A stretch of DNA of 64,000 nt from an uncultured Verrucomicrobiae bacterium (lineage in GTDB: Bacteria > Verrucomicrobiota > Verrucomicrobiia > Chthoniobacterales > UBA10450), in contig CAWKJF010000001.1 in NCBI GenBank assembly GCA_963850015.1, forward strand, positions 456,391-520,390. Reading direction: 5' to 3'. The position numbers and the translations under genes are program-made. Shown here piece after piece: positions 32,713 through 41,806 of this stretch; position 1 is the stretch's first letter, and each line of letters starts with the position of its first letter. Below the pieces are notes generated by a model, which was given only the letters and a program-made list of their open reading frames with translations, did not search any database and had not been told where the DNA came from.

Positions 32713-33186
32713 TCAAGGGCCCGCACCGATAATCGTGACAACGATCTTTCGATGATGGGGTGCCGTGCGGTGTTCGAACAGGAAAACTCCCTGCCAGGTT
32801 CCCAGCTGCATCCGCGAATCCGCGACCGGGATCACTTCGCTCGATCGCGTCAGGACCATCCGGATGTGCGAAGGCATGTCGTCCGGCCCTTCGGAGTCGT
32901 GCTCGAAGTAAGACGCGTTTTCGGGCACGAGCCGGTCGAAGAATTCTTCGAGATCGCGGCGCGCGGTCGGATCCGCGTTTTCCATGATGATGAGGCTGCA
33001 ACTGGTGTGCTGAATGAACACCGTCAGCGTGCCCGTGACGATACCACTGCGGCTCAGGACTTCGGAAATCTGATCGGTGATTTCATAGGTCCCTTTGCCG
33101 CGAGTGCGGACGGTGAGCGGCTCGGTAGTGGACGCGCAGGGAGGCCATTTGATTCGCACGCTAACGGCCTCCATTCCGCTTCGCAA
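32713..33186 (-). CDS. YjbQ/UPF0047 family protein (secondary thiamine-phosphate synthase-like)
   Basis: The ORF is intact: EITDQISEVLSRSGIVTGTLTVFIQHTSCSLIIMENADPTARRDLEEFFDRLVPE...HIRMVLTRSSEVIPVADSRMQLGTWQGVFLFEH matches the YjbQ family throughout. The start could instead be the ATG at 33174. Confidence 0.8.
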   Translation of the reverse strand: MRSGMEAVSVRIKWPPCASTTEPLTVRTRGKGTYEITDQISEVLSRSGIVTGTLTVFIQHTSCSLIIMENADPTARRDLEEFFDRLVPENASYFEHDSEGPDDMPSHIRMVLTRSSEVIPVADSRMQLGTWQGVFLFEHRTAPHHRKIVVTIIGAGP

Positions 33187-33220
33187 TCGGCGGAATGATC
33201 GCTGGATATTCGAGCCATCG

Positions 33221-33768
33221 ATGCAGGCCGATCTCGAGCGAATTCTCTTTGACGAAGCGACGATCCACCGGCGCCTGGACGAGCTGGCCGCGAAAATCTC
33301 ACAGGATTACCGCGACCGCGAGTTGACCGTGATCGCGATCCTAAACGGCAGCCTCATCCTGGCTGGCCGATCTTCTCCGGCGCATTCCTCTGCCGCTCAA
33401 ATTGGATTGCCTGAGCGTCGCCAGTTATCACGGCGGCGTTAAGCCCAGCGGCGAACTGATTTTCCGCCAGGTGCCGCTGCCCGATGTGGCCGGCCGCCAC
33501 GTCCTGATCCTGGACGACATTCTCGATAGCGGCGTCACCCTGGCGAGCATTCGCGAAAAGCTCGAGACGGCCGGGCCGTTGAGTGTGCGTATTTGTGTGT
33601 TGCTGGAAAAGAAGAAGACCCGCGTCACGGGCGGTCGAACCCGATTATGTCGGCTTCGAAATTGCGGATGAATTCGTGGTCGGATATGGACTCGATTACA
33701 TGGAACGATATCGAAATCTCCCGTGCATCGGCGTTCTGCGGAAGGATTTGATCGCGCAAACGGCGTGA
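33221..33768 (+). pseudogene. hpt: Hypoxanthine phosphoribosyltransferase, two frame breaks
   Basis: The pieces join as ERILFDEATIHRRLDELAAKISQDYRDRELTVIAILNGS / LDCLSVASYHGGVKPSGELIF...GRHVLILDDILDSGVTL (PRPP loop) / [34 protein letters not shown]. The breaks are near 33360 and 33625. Confidence 0.85.
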
Positions 33769-33775
33769 GGGGCAG

Positions 33776-34021
33776 ATGAAAATCCACGTGCAGTTTTTCT
33801 CGCGCCTCCGGGAGCTCGCGGGAGTTTCGGAAATGGAGATGGAGGTTCCGGCAGGATCGAGGTCGGCCGATTTGCTCGAGCTGCTTTATTTGCGCGCGCC
33901 CGCGTTGCGCGATTGGGACAAGAGCATTCTCGTGGCGGCCGGAGTCGAGTTTGTCGCCCGCGAGTTACGTCCTGCAGCCGGGCGACCAAATCTCGATCAT
34001 GCCGCCGGTCCAGGGCGGATA
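33776..34021 (+). pseudogene. MoaD/ThiS-family small sulfur-carrier protein, one frame break
   Basis: The N-terminus reads MKIHVQFFSRLRELAGVSEMEMEVPAGSRSADLLELLYLRAPALRDW...AAGVEFVAR. At 33961-33968 (gagttacg) the frame shifts to YVLQPGDQISIMPPVQGG-stop (TAG at 34019-34021), giving the diagnostic C-terminal Gly-Gly. Confidence 0.7.
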
Positions 34022-34040
34022 GGTAGCTGTAGCGTCATAA

Positions 34041-34526
34041 TCAGTCCCGGAAATTCTTGAAGTTGGTGGCCACGCCGAAATCGCGGCCGCGCACAAAGGC
34101 AATCACTTCCTGCAAATCATCCCGCTTCTTTCCGGTAACGCGAATCTGCCGTTCCTGGAGCTGGCTTTGGACTTTGAAGCCCTGCCCTTTGATGGCGAGA
34201 ATGATTTCCTTCGCCTTGTCGCCCTCGAGGCCCTGCTGGATTTTCAACTCCTGGCGGGCGTGGCCCAGAGGCGAGATGGCGGGATCGACCTGCTCGACGT
34301 TTCGCAGGTCCACGCCCCGCTTGCCCAACTTGCCGATCACGATCTCGCGCAAACCCCGCAAGCGGGAGGCGTCTTCGGCCGTGAGAGTGATCTTGTCTTT
34401 CTCCGCCACAATTTCGGCGGTGGTCCCCTTGAAATCAAACCGCGTCGCCAGTTCCTTACGCGCCTGATTGATCGCATTATCAATTTCCTGGGCGTCCACT
34501 TCCGAGACGATATCGAACGAAGGCAT
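34041..34526 (-). CDS. yajQ: YajQ family nucleotide / cyclic-di-GMP-binding protein (UPF0234)
   Basis: The 161-aa ORF is intact: MPSFDIVSEVDAQEIDNAINQARKELATRFDFKG...VQSQLQERQIRVTGKKRDDLQEVIAF is collinear with YajQ. Confidence 0.9.
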   Translation of the reverse strand: MPSFDIVSEVDAQEIDNAINQARKELATRFDFKGTTAEIVAEKDKITLTAEDASRLRGLREIVIGKLGKRGVDLRNVEQVDPAISPLGHARQELKIQQGLEGDKAKEIILAIKGQGFKVQSQLQERQIRVTGKKRDDLQEVIAFVRGRDFGVATNFKNFRD

Positions 34527-34581
34527 CTTTGATTTTGAATTTTAGATTTTAGACTTGCGATTGCTGATGGACTTTTAGCCA

Positions 34582-35976
34582 ATGCCGTTTCGATTCCTGC
34601 GTCAAGCTCGCACAACGGCTGGAGCGCTCGTTCTCACAACCCTTTTCGTCTTCCTCGGGGTGTGATCGCTCCTCCTCCAAGGAACAAAAAGCCTTCGGAC
34701 CGAACTGAACGAGGCGCTCCGCCAGCATTCCTACGTCAAGGCCACCGAACTCGCCCGGCGCCTCGTGAAATTGAATCCGCAGGATAACGGGACGCTGGGA
34801 TCGTCTCGTTCAGGCGCAATTCGGCCTGCGCGATCTCGCCGGCGCGAGCCAGGCCTTGGACGACTGGCGACGTACGGTGAGCAAGCCCTCACCAAAACTT
34901 GAGGAATACGCGGGCGATCTCGCCGTCGAGCAACAAGATCCGGCTGGTGCGCTCCAGGCCTGGACAAAAGTGCTTGCCGTGGAACCGAAAAATACCCGCG
35001 TGCTCGAAAAAGTCGCTCGGCTTGCAAAAACTCAACACCATTGGACTGAAGAAAACGCGGCCTGGACCGCCTACCTCGAAGTGCAGGACAATGCAGTGGC
35101 GCGGATGAACCGCGCCCTCTGCCGGCGGCGGCTCCATCGCTGGCAGGAAGCTTTCGAAGATCTGAAGCGGGCCCAGGAACTGGCGCCGAATGATCCCGAG
35201 GTCCGGCGCGGCGCGCAAGCTTTTCGAACAGATGGGCAAGTTCCTGGCTGAAATTCGAGAGCTCGACGCGAGTCTGGCCATCTCGCCCGAACGATGCGGG
35301 ATTGCTGGCAGACCGGACGCTGATGTTCTTGCGCAGCGAAGATTACGAGCTGGCGCTCGCGGACAGCGGGGAAGCCGCCAAATTGGGTCCGTGGGCCATG
35401 CGACCGAAACTATTTCAAGCCCTCGCGCTGATCGGTCTCGGACGATCGGATGAATGCGAAGGACTGTCGGTCCAGAAATTCATCCGGCTCGACGCGCTGA
35501 CGCCGGAGTTTCTCGAAACGATCAGCCGGCTCGATTCGGAGATATCAGTAGAACGCAGCAACGCGGAGCTCTACGTCTCGCGCGCCTGGCAGCTCAACGA
35601 AATCAACCAGCCGGCCTTGGCGGTGCAGGATGCGGAAAACGCGGTGCGCCTCAATCCAAAATCCGCCGGCGCCTATGCCGAGTGCAGCTACGCCCTTAAG
35701 AAACTGGGCCGCGCCGAAGAGGCCTTGGCACAGATCAAGCGCGCGACCGAACTGGAGCCGAATTTCTCCACGGCCTGGCAATATCGTGGCGAACTGGAAA
35801 TGGAGCGGGGCGAAACCTTGTCGGCCATCGAGTCGCTCAGCCAGGCGATCGAAGCGAGCCCCACCCCGGCGGCGCTGCAAAAGCGCGAGCAATGCTACCG
35901 GCGCCTCGGCCTGCTCGTGAAAGCTGAGCAGGACCGGCGCGCGCTGGAAGAATTAAACACGCGAACGGCAAAGTGA
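34582..35976 (+). pseudogene. TPR repeat protein with N-terminal membrane/signal segment, about four frame breaks
   Basis: The ATG at 34582 gives MPFRFLRQARTTAGALVLTTLFVFLG. TPR-like units lie in several frames (ORFs 34856..35251 and 35302..35976, for example AVQDAENAVRLNPKSAGAYAECSYALKKLGRAEEALAQIKRATELEPNFSTAWQYRG). Confidence 0.65.
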
Positions 35977-36016
35977 TCGCCTTGGTTCGCGGTCGAGCGA
36001 CGACTTAGGAAAAGCA

Positions 36017-38464
36017 TCACTCGTGACGGAGAGCGACCATCGGGTCGACCTTCATGGCACGTCGCGCTGGCAGATAGCTGGCGATCAACGCGGCCAGCAC
36101 AAGCAAGGAGACGACGGCAAGATAAGTCGCGGCATCAGCGCCGCCGATTCCGTAAAGAAGCGTCGATAGAACACGCGTCGCTCCGAGCGCGGCCACGATC
36201 CCCGTGCCGATTCCGATCGCGACCAGCATGAGACTTTGGCGCAAGACCATTTGGAGCATGTCACCGCGCTGCGCACCAAGCGCCATGCGAATGCCAATCT
36301 CCTTTGTCCGCTCCGAGGTGATGTAAGACATGATCCCGTAAAGCCCCACCATCGCGAGCGCGAGGGCCGCTCCGGAAAAGAGGCCGAGCATCGTCATGGT
36401 GAAGCGCCGGTTATCGAGCGACGTGGAGACCAGCTCTTCCAGCGTCCGGAAGTTCGTCGGCATTTCCGGATTCAACGCCCGCGCTTCGCGCCGCATGGCC
36501 GCGATCAAGGTCGCGGGATCGCCGCGGCCGCGAAGAACAATCTCGAACCGCGCAGCGTGGCGCGGTCGCTGAAAGTAATTCACGTAAACCATCGGCCGTG
36601 GCTCCGCGTCCAAACTTTCATCCCGCACATCGGCCACCACGCCGATGATATGCAGCAATCGGAGATCGCCATCCATCCCGCCAAATTGTAATTGCCGGCC
36701 GACCGGATCTTCGCCGGGCCAGGTCGAACGGGCGAGCGTCTGGTTGATCAGCGCCACGTGCGGCGAGTCGGCGCCGTCAGATTCCTGAAACAGCCGTCCG
36801 CGAATCAGCGGAATCTCCATGCTGGCGAAATAGCCGGCGCTCGCGACGCGGAATTCCGCATTCGCCAGTCTCTTGGTTCCCCTCAGCGCGGCATATTGTT
36901 CGTTTAACGCGTCGAACGTCTCCACCGATTTCCCGCTTTGTTCGAGAATGAAAGTGCCGTTTTCGCTGTCGCCGCTCATTGGCAATACGTTAATTCCGCC
37001 GACCGCGATCACGCCTGGGAGGCCGCTCAAACGCTCGAGCAGTCGCTGATACATCTGCGCGAGCCGACGCCGATCGGCTGGCGCGTCCGGGTCCGGCTGC
37101 GAGATGCTCATCGCGACCGCGCTCTCCGGTTGAAATCCGGGATTCACCTCCAACAAGCGCAGAAAACTGCGGCCGAGCAGGCCTGCGCCCACGAGCAGGA
37201 TCAGGGTTAGCGCGACTTGCGCGACGATGAAAAAATTGCGCACCCGCGAAGTTGGACGACCACTGGACGTCCCGCGCCCCGCGTCCTGGAGCGCATCTTG
37301 CAATTGTCGCTGCGAGACGTTCAACGCAGGGACCAGACCGAGGACGACCCCAACGCCTAACGAGACAACCAGCGAGAAGATAAGCACGGATAAATTGACT
37401 CCTATCTCGCCGACGCGCGGAAGGTTGCCGCGATAAAACCCGACGACCAGATCGACGCCCCAAAACGCCAGGAGCACTCCGAGCGTTCCCGCGCAAAGCG
37501 TGAGCAGGACGGTCTCGACCAGGAATTGCCGGGCCAATCTCCAGCGCGAAGCCCCCAGCGCCGCGCGCAAGGCCACCTCTTTGCGCCGGGCCGTTGCCCT
37601 CACCAGCAGCAGGTTGGTGACATTCGAACAAGCGATCACGAGCAGCAGCCCGACGGCGCCGCAGAGCACCCAGAGGACTCCGCGAATATCCTTCACCATC
37701 CGTTCGCGCAGCGGCGTCATTCCAAAACTCTCGGCATCGGTGTTCGGCCCGTGTTCGCGTTTCAACTGCTGCCCGATGGCTGCAATCTCCGCGCGCGCCT
37801 GTTCGGGCGAGACGCCATCACGCAGCCGTCCCATGGCCCGCCAGTTGTGTCCGGTCCGCGATGGATTGGGCGGATAAATTGTCGAGGGAAACCAGACGTC
37901 GATGTCTGGTGGAAATCCCATGTCAGGCGGCAGGACGCCGACGACGGCAAAACTGCCGCTCGCAAAACGAAGGGTCGCACCTTCCAGGTTGGTTCGGCCC
38001 GCCAGCAAGCGTTTCCAGAACCCGTAGCTGACGACGGCAACTTGGTTGCCTTCGGTTCCCGAGGGCGTGGAAAAGAACCGCCCGGCAAACGGCGTTACGC
38101 CCAGGACTCGGAAGAAATCCTCAGAGACCGCAGACACATTTGTGCGCACCGGCTCGCTCCCGCCGGCTATCGCTTCAGTTCCCTCGCTGTACTTGGCAAG
38201 CGCGGCAAAGCTGCGGCTGCGCGTGTGCAGATCGTCGAAGTTCGGTTCGGCGAAAGCCATGCCACGGCCTTTCTCGTCCAGCTCGCGGAGCGCGACGATT
38301 CGCTCCTGTTGCGGATACGGGAGCGGTCGCAAAAGAACCGCGTCGAGCACACTAAAGATCGCCGTCGAAGCGCCAATCCCGAGGGCCAGGGTGACGAGAG
38401 CAATCGCAGTAAAGGAGGGAGTCTTGCCTAACGAACGCAGCGCGTATTTGAGATCGTTGATCAT
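36017..38464 (-). CDS. Double-FtsX (MacB/ADOP-type) ABC transporter permease, copy 1 of 7
   Basis: The ORF is intact. The likely start is the ATG at 38464 (MINDLKYALRSLGKTPSFTAIALVTLALGIGASTAIFSVLDAVLLRPLPY); the ORF track's start at 38524 adds 20 unlikely residues. It has two MacB-like periplasmic domains and two 4-TM FtsX modules (LLVIACSNVTNLLLVRATARRKEVALRAALGASRWRL; [24 protein letters not shown]). Confidence 0.9.
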   Translation of the reverse strand: MINDLKYALRSLGKTPSFTAIALVTLALGIGASTAIFSVLDAVLLRPLPYPQQERIVALRELDEKGRGMAFAEPNFDDLHTRSRSFAALAKYSEGTEAIAGGSEPVRTNVSAVSEDFFRVLGVTPFAGRFFSTPSGTEGNQVAVVSYGFWKRLLAGRTNLEGATLRFASGSFAVVGVLPPDMGFPPDIDVWFPSTIYPPNPSRTGHNWRAMGRLRDGVSPEQARAEIAAIGQQLKREHGPNTDAESFGMTPLRERMVKDIRGVLWVLCGAVGLLLVIACSNVTNLLLVRATARRKEVALRAALGASRWRLARQFLVETVLLTLCAGTLGVLLAFWGVDLVVGFYRGNLPRVGEIGVNLSVLIFSLVVSLGVGVVLGLVPALNVSQRQLQDALQDAGRGTSSGRPTSRVRNFFIVAQVALTLILLVGAGLLGRSFLRLLEVNPGFQPESAVAMSISQPDPDAPADRRRLAQMYQRLLERLSGLPGVIAVGGINVLPMSGDSENGTFILEQSGKSVETFDALNEQYAALRGTKRLANAEFRVASAGYFASMEIPLIRGRLFQESDGADSPHVALINQTLARSTWPGEDPVGRQLQFGGMDGDLRLLHIIGVVADVRDESLDAEPRPMVYVNYFQRPRHAARFEIVLRGRGDPATLIAAMRREARALNPEMPTNFRTLEELVSTSLDNRRFTMTMLGLFSGAALALAMVGLYGIMSYITSERTKEIGIRMALGAQRGDMLQMVLRQSLMLVAIGIGTGIVAALGATRVLSTLLYGIGGADAATYLAVVSLLVLAALIASYLPARRAMKVDPMVALRHE

Positions 38465-38487
38465 ATTGTTTGGAGCGACGCTGGAGC

Positions 38488-38540
38488 CGCCCCGCTCAGT
38501 CGGGGCGTTGGGGAAACACGGCACGGCGACAGAGCGCCGT
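38488..38540. repeat. REP-like intergenic hairpin pair
   Basis: One hairpin is CGCCCCG-CTCAGT-CGGGGCG (38488-38507) and the other is ACGGCG-ACAGAG-CGCCGT (38523-38540). The first is an inverted near-copy of the hairpin at 41086-41105. Confidence 0.7.
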
Positions 38541-38568
38541 AGTTACAGCGGTTTGTCTCGACACAACC

Positions 38569-41001
38569 TTACTCATAGCGGAGTGCGACCATGGGATCGA
38601 CCTTCATGGCCCGCCGGGCCGGGATGTAACTGGCCAGCAACGCAGCCGCAGCCAGGAGGAAAATCACGATCGCATATGTCGACAGATCGTTCGCTCCGAC
38701 ACCGTAGAGCAGTGTCGCCATCACGCGCGTGGCGCCGAGCGCGACGAGGAATCCGATCGTAATTCCGATCGCGACAAGCGTGAGACTTTGGCGGAGCACC
38801 ATGCCCAGCATCTGGGTTTTCTGCGCACCAAGCGCCATTCGAATCCCGATTTCTCTCGTGCGCTGGGTCACGCTGTAGGCGATGACGCCGTAAATGCCGA
38901 TGGCCGCGAGGACCATGGCCACGCCAGCGAAAACCGCGAGCAGCATCATGTTAAAACGCGGCTGCGCCAGATGGGTCGCGAGAAATTTCGTCATCGGCTC
39001 GAGCGTGGGGACGTACAGGTCCTTGTCGATCTCGCGCACCGCGCGTTTTACGTCCGCGCTCAGGCCGACGAGATTCGCCGAGCTGACCCTCAGCACAATA
39101 TCGAGGCTGCGACCCGGGTCCTGCGCGAACGGCACGTACACCTCGGGGCCTTGCAGCTCGGCGAGTGAATCATGCCGGGTGTTGCCGACCACGCCCACGA
39201 CTTCGCGCGCTAATGTCTTATTCTCCGGCTGGTCCATGATTACCTGCTGGCCAATCGGATTCCGGTCGGAGAAATGTTTTTTGACGAACGCTTCGTTGAT
39301 CAGGATGACCGGCGGCGAATCCTTCGTGTCCGAGCGGTTCAGGTCGCGTCCTTGCAGGATCGGAATCTTCATCGCCTTGAAATAATCCGGCTTTACCAGG
39401 AGGTAGCTTCCGCCCGGATGATTGCCTCGCGGCAGCGGCGCGGCGCCGCTCGGCATGAACGACAAGGAGCGTTGGTTATCGCCCAGAGGGAGCGGATTGA
39501 CGCCGCCCGCCGCTTCCACTCCAGGAATAGCCGCCAGTTTTTCCATGATCAGATCGTAGGTGCGGATTTGCTGGTCTATCTCCGGGTAACGAATTCGGGG
39601 CAGAGTGATCGACATTGTCATCACCCGGACCGGGTCGAAGCCTGGATTGGTCGCGCGAAGGTTGAAGAAGCTCTTGATCAACAGACCGGCGCCGGCGAGC
39701 AGGAGCAAGGAGAGGGAGACCTGCGACACGACGAGAAACGCGCGAAGACGATTGGTGTGGAGTCCGCCGGTCGATCCTTTCGCTCCCTGTTGGAGCGATT
39801 CATTCACCGCGGGCCTCGAAACCTGGAGGGCGGGAATAAGACCGAAAAGCAGCGTGCTCCCAATCGCGAGGACAAAGGTAAACGCGCAAACGGTCGTGTT
39901 CACTTTGATCTGGCCCAGATGCGGTAATCCTTGCGGACCGGCCGCGCTGAGGAGGTCCACGCCCCACCAGGCCAGAAGCAAACCGGCGCACCCGCCGAGC
40001 ACCGCGAGCAGCAAGCTTTCGCAAAGTAATTGGCGAACAACGAGCGCACGACTCGCGCCGAGCGCCGTTCGAATGGCCATCTCGCGACTGCGGGAGGCCG
40101 CCCGCGCCAAAAGAAGGTTCGCCACATTCGCGCACGCGATGAGCAGGACAAGGGCAACCGCGCCGACAAGGACCATCAACGCCGGGCGAACATCGCCCAC
40201 GACATCCGAATGCAGCGTCACTACCGCGGCGCCGGTAAAGTTCAGGTTCGTATCCGGGTATTGCTTCGATAGCCGGCTCGCGATCGCACTCAGCTCCGCT
40301 TCCGACGTCTGGATCGCAACTCCCGGCTTGAGCCGGCCCACCACAGTCAAAAAGTGAGACCCGCGGTTACCCAGGAATTGCTGGCCGAGATACTCAAGGG
40401 GCAGCGCATAATCGATGTGTTCGTCCTCGACCGGAAATTTCCAGCTCGGCGGCATCACCCCGACCACAGTATGCGGACGCGCCGAAATGGTGATCTTCTG
40501 GCCGATAATGTTCGGATCGCTGCCAAACGCGCTTTTCCAGAGCGGATAAGTCAGGACAACGACGCGGTCCGCTTCGTTTTTCGCGTCTTCCTTGGTGAAT
40601 CCGCGTCCAAGCAGCGGTGGGACTCCCAGAACATCGAACACCTCCGGTGTGATCGCGAGTCCTTCGAGCGCCTTGGCATCTTCGGCGAGCGACAGCGTCC
40701 CCCCGGTCCGGGTGTAGGCGGCCATCCCGACGAAGCTCTGGCTTTGATCGCGCAGGTCCACAAAGTCTGGGAATGAGTGGACACTTCCTCGCACCCGCCC
40801 GTTGTCGTTCGCGTAGCGCCCCCAGACGTGGACAATTTCGTCCGGGTTCTTGAAGGGCAACGGCCGGAGCAAAAGGGTATCGATCACGCTGAAGATGGCG
40901 CTGTTGGCGCCGATACCGAGAGCGAGGGTGAGGATGGCGATTACGGCGAAGACCGGAGCTTTAATCAGCATTCGCAAGGCGTATTTGAGGTCGTTTAACA
41001 T
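38569..41001 (-). CDS. Double-FtsX (MacB/ADOP-type) ABC transporter permease, copy 2 of 7
   Basis: The 810-aa ORF is intact: [50 protein letters not shown]...[33 protein letters not shown]...[24 protein letters not shown]. Confidence 0.9.
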   Translation of the reverse strand: MLNDLKYALRMLIKAPVFAVIAILTLALGIGANSAIFSVIDTLLLRPLPFKNPDEIVHVWGRYANDNGRVRGSVHSFPDFVDLRDQSQSFVGMAAYTRTGGTLSLAEDAKALEGLAITPEVFDVLGVPPLLGRGFTKEDAKNEADRVVVLTYPLWKSAFGSDPNIIGQKITISARPHTVVGVMPPSWKFPVEDEHIDYALPLEYLGQQFLGNRGSHFLTVVGRLKPGVAIQTSEAELSAIASRLSKQYPDTNLNFTGAAVVTLHSDVVGDVRPALMVLVGAVALVLLIACANVANLLLARAASRSREMAIRTALGASRALVVRQLLCESLLLAVLGGCAGLLLAWWGVDLLSAAGPQGLPHLGQIKVNTTVCAFTFVLAIGSTLLFGLIPALQVSRPAVNESLQQGAKGSTGGLHTNRLRAFLVVSQVSLSLLLLAGAGLLIKSFFNLRATNPGFDPVRVMTMSITLPRIRYPEIDQQIRTYDLIMEKLAAIPGVEAAGGVNPLPLGDNQRSLSFMPSGAAPLPRGNHPGGSYLLVKPDYFKAMKIPILQGRDLNRSDTKDSPPVILINEAFVKKHFSDRNPIGQQVIMDQPENKTLAREVVGVVGNTRHDSLAELQGPEVYVPFAQDPGRSLDIVLRVSSANLVGLSADVKRAVREIDKDLYVPTLEPMTKFLATHLAQPRFNMMLLAVFAGVAMVLAAIGIYGVIAYSVTQRTREIGIRMALGAQKTQMLGMVLRQSLTLVAIGITIGFLVALGATRVMATLLYGVGANDLSTYAIVIFLLAAAALLASYIPARRAMKVDPMVALRYE

Positions 41002-41035
41002 GGGATGGGTTCTGTTAGTCGCGGTTCATTTCAAG

Positions 41036-41114
41036 CGCTGTAGCAACGGTCCCGCGGCTGCGGGATCGCCCGCTCGCTCCGAAGGCGCCCCGACAGAGCG
41101 GGGCGGCTACAGCG
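41036..41114. repeat. REP-like structured intergenic element (nested hairpins)
   Basis: An outer stem pairs CGCTGTAGC (41036-41044) with GCTACAGCG (41106-41114). It encloses TCCCGC-GGCT-GCGGGA (41050-41065) and CGCCCCG-ACAGAG-CGGGGCG (41086-41105). Confidence 0.7.
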
Positions 41115-41132
41115 TGGGATGCTGTGATACTC

Positions 41133-41801
41133 TTAGACGACAAATCCATCGCGGAGCTGGATGATGCGGTTACCGTAGGTCGCGTTTATATCGGAGTGTG
41201 TGACCTGGATGATCGTGGTGCCGCCGGCATTCAAGGTCTTGAACATCTCCATGATCTCCTTGCCCTGGTCGGAGTGAAGATTGCCGGTCGGTTCGTCGGC
41301 CAGGATCAGTTTCGGATTCGCGATCATCGCCCGGGCGATGCTGACCAGTTGCTGTTGCCCGCCGGAGAGCTGGCGCGGATACAAATCTTTTTTTCCGACG
41401 ATGTGAAATCGATCCAGCGCGTCACAGACAATCGAATCGCGCCCGGCTTTGTTCACGTGGCGGTAGGAAAGCGGGATATCCAGATTCTCATAGACCGTCA
41501 GGTCATCGAGCAGGTGATAGTTCTGGAAGACGAAACCGATCTTTTCATTCCGGAGGGTGGCGCGTTCCTTTGGCTTGAGGGTGTGAATCGGATCCTCTTC
41601 GAAAAAGTATTCGCCGCTCCAAGCATGATCGTGCATCCCGAGCACGTGCAGCAGCGACGACTTGCCGGCGCCGGAAGGGCCCATGATGGAAACGAAATCG
41701 CCTTCGTTGACCTCCAGGTTGATATCGCGCAGGACGTAAAAGAATTTGCCCTTCGCGAGAGGGTAAAAACGTTCGAGGTGTTTGAGATGGATCATGGACA
41801 T
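41133..41801 (-). CDS. ABC transporter ATP-binding protein (MacB/LolD-type), copy 2
   Basis: The ORF is intact, with Walker A ([11 protein letters not shown]), Q-loop, signature ([14 protein letters not shown]), Walker B (LILADEPTG) and H-loop (VTHS). Confidence 0.92.
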   Translation of the reverse strand: MSMIHLKHLERFYPLAKGKFFYVLRDINLEVNEGDFVSIMGPSGAGKSSLLHVLGMHDHAWSGEYFFEEDPIHTLKPKERATLRNEKIGFVFQNYHLLDDLTVYENLDIPLSYRHVNKAGRDSIVCDALDRFHIVGKKDLYPRQLSGGQQQLVSIARAMIANPKLILADEPTGNLHSDQGKEIMEMFKTLNAGGTTIIQVTHSDINATYGNRIIQLRDGFVV

Positions 41802-41806
41802 AATAA

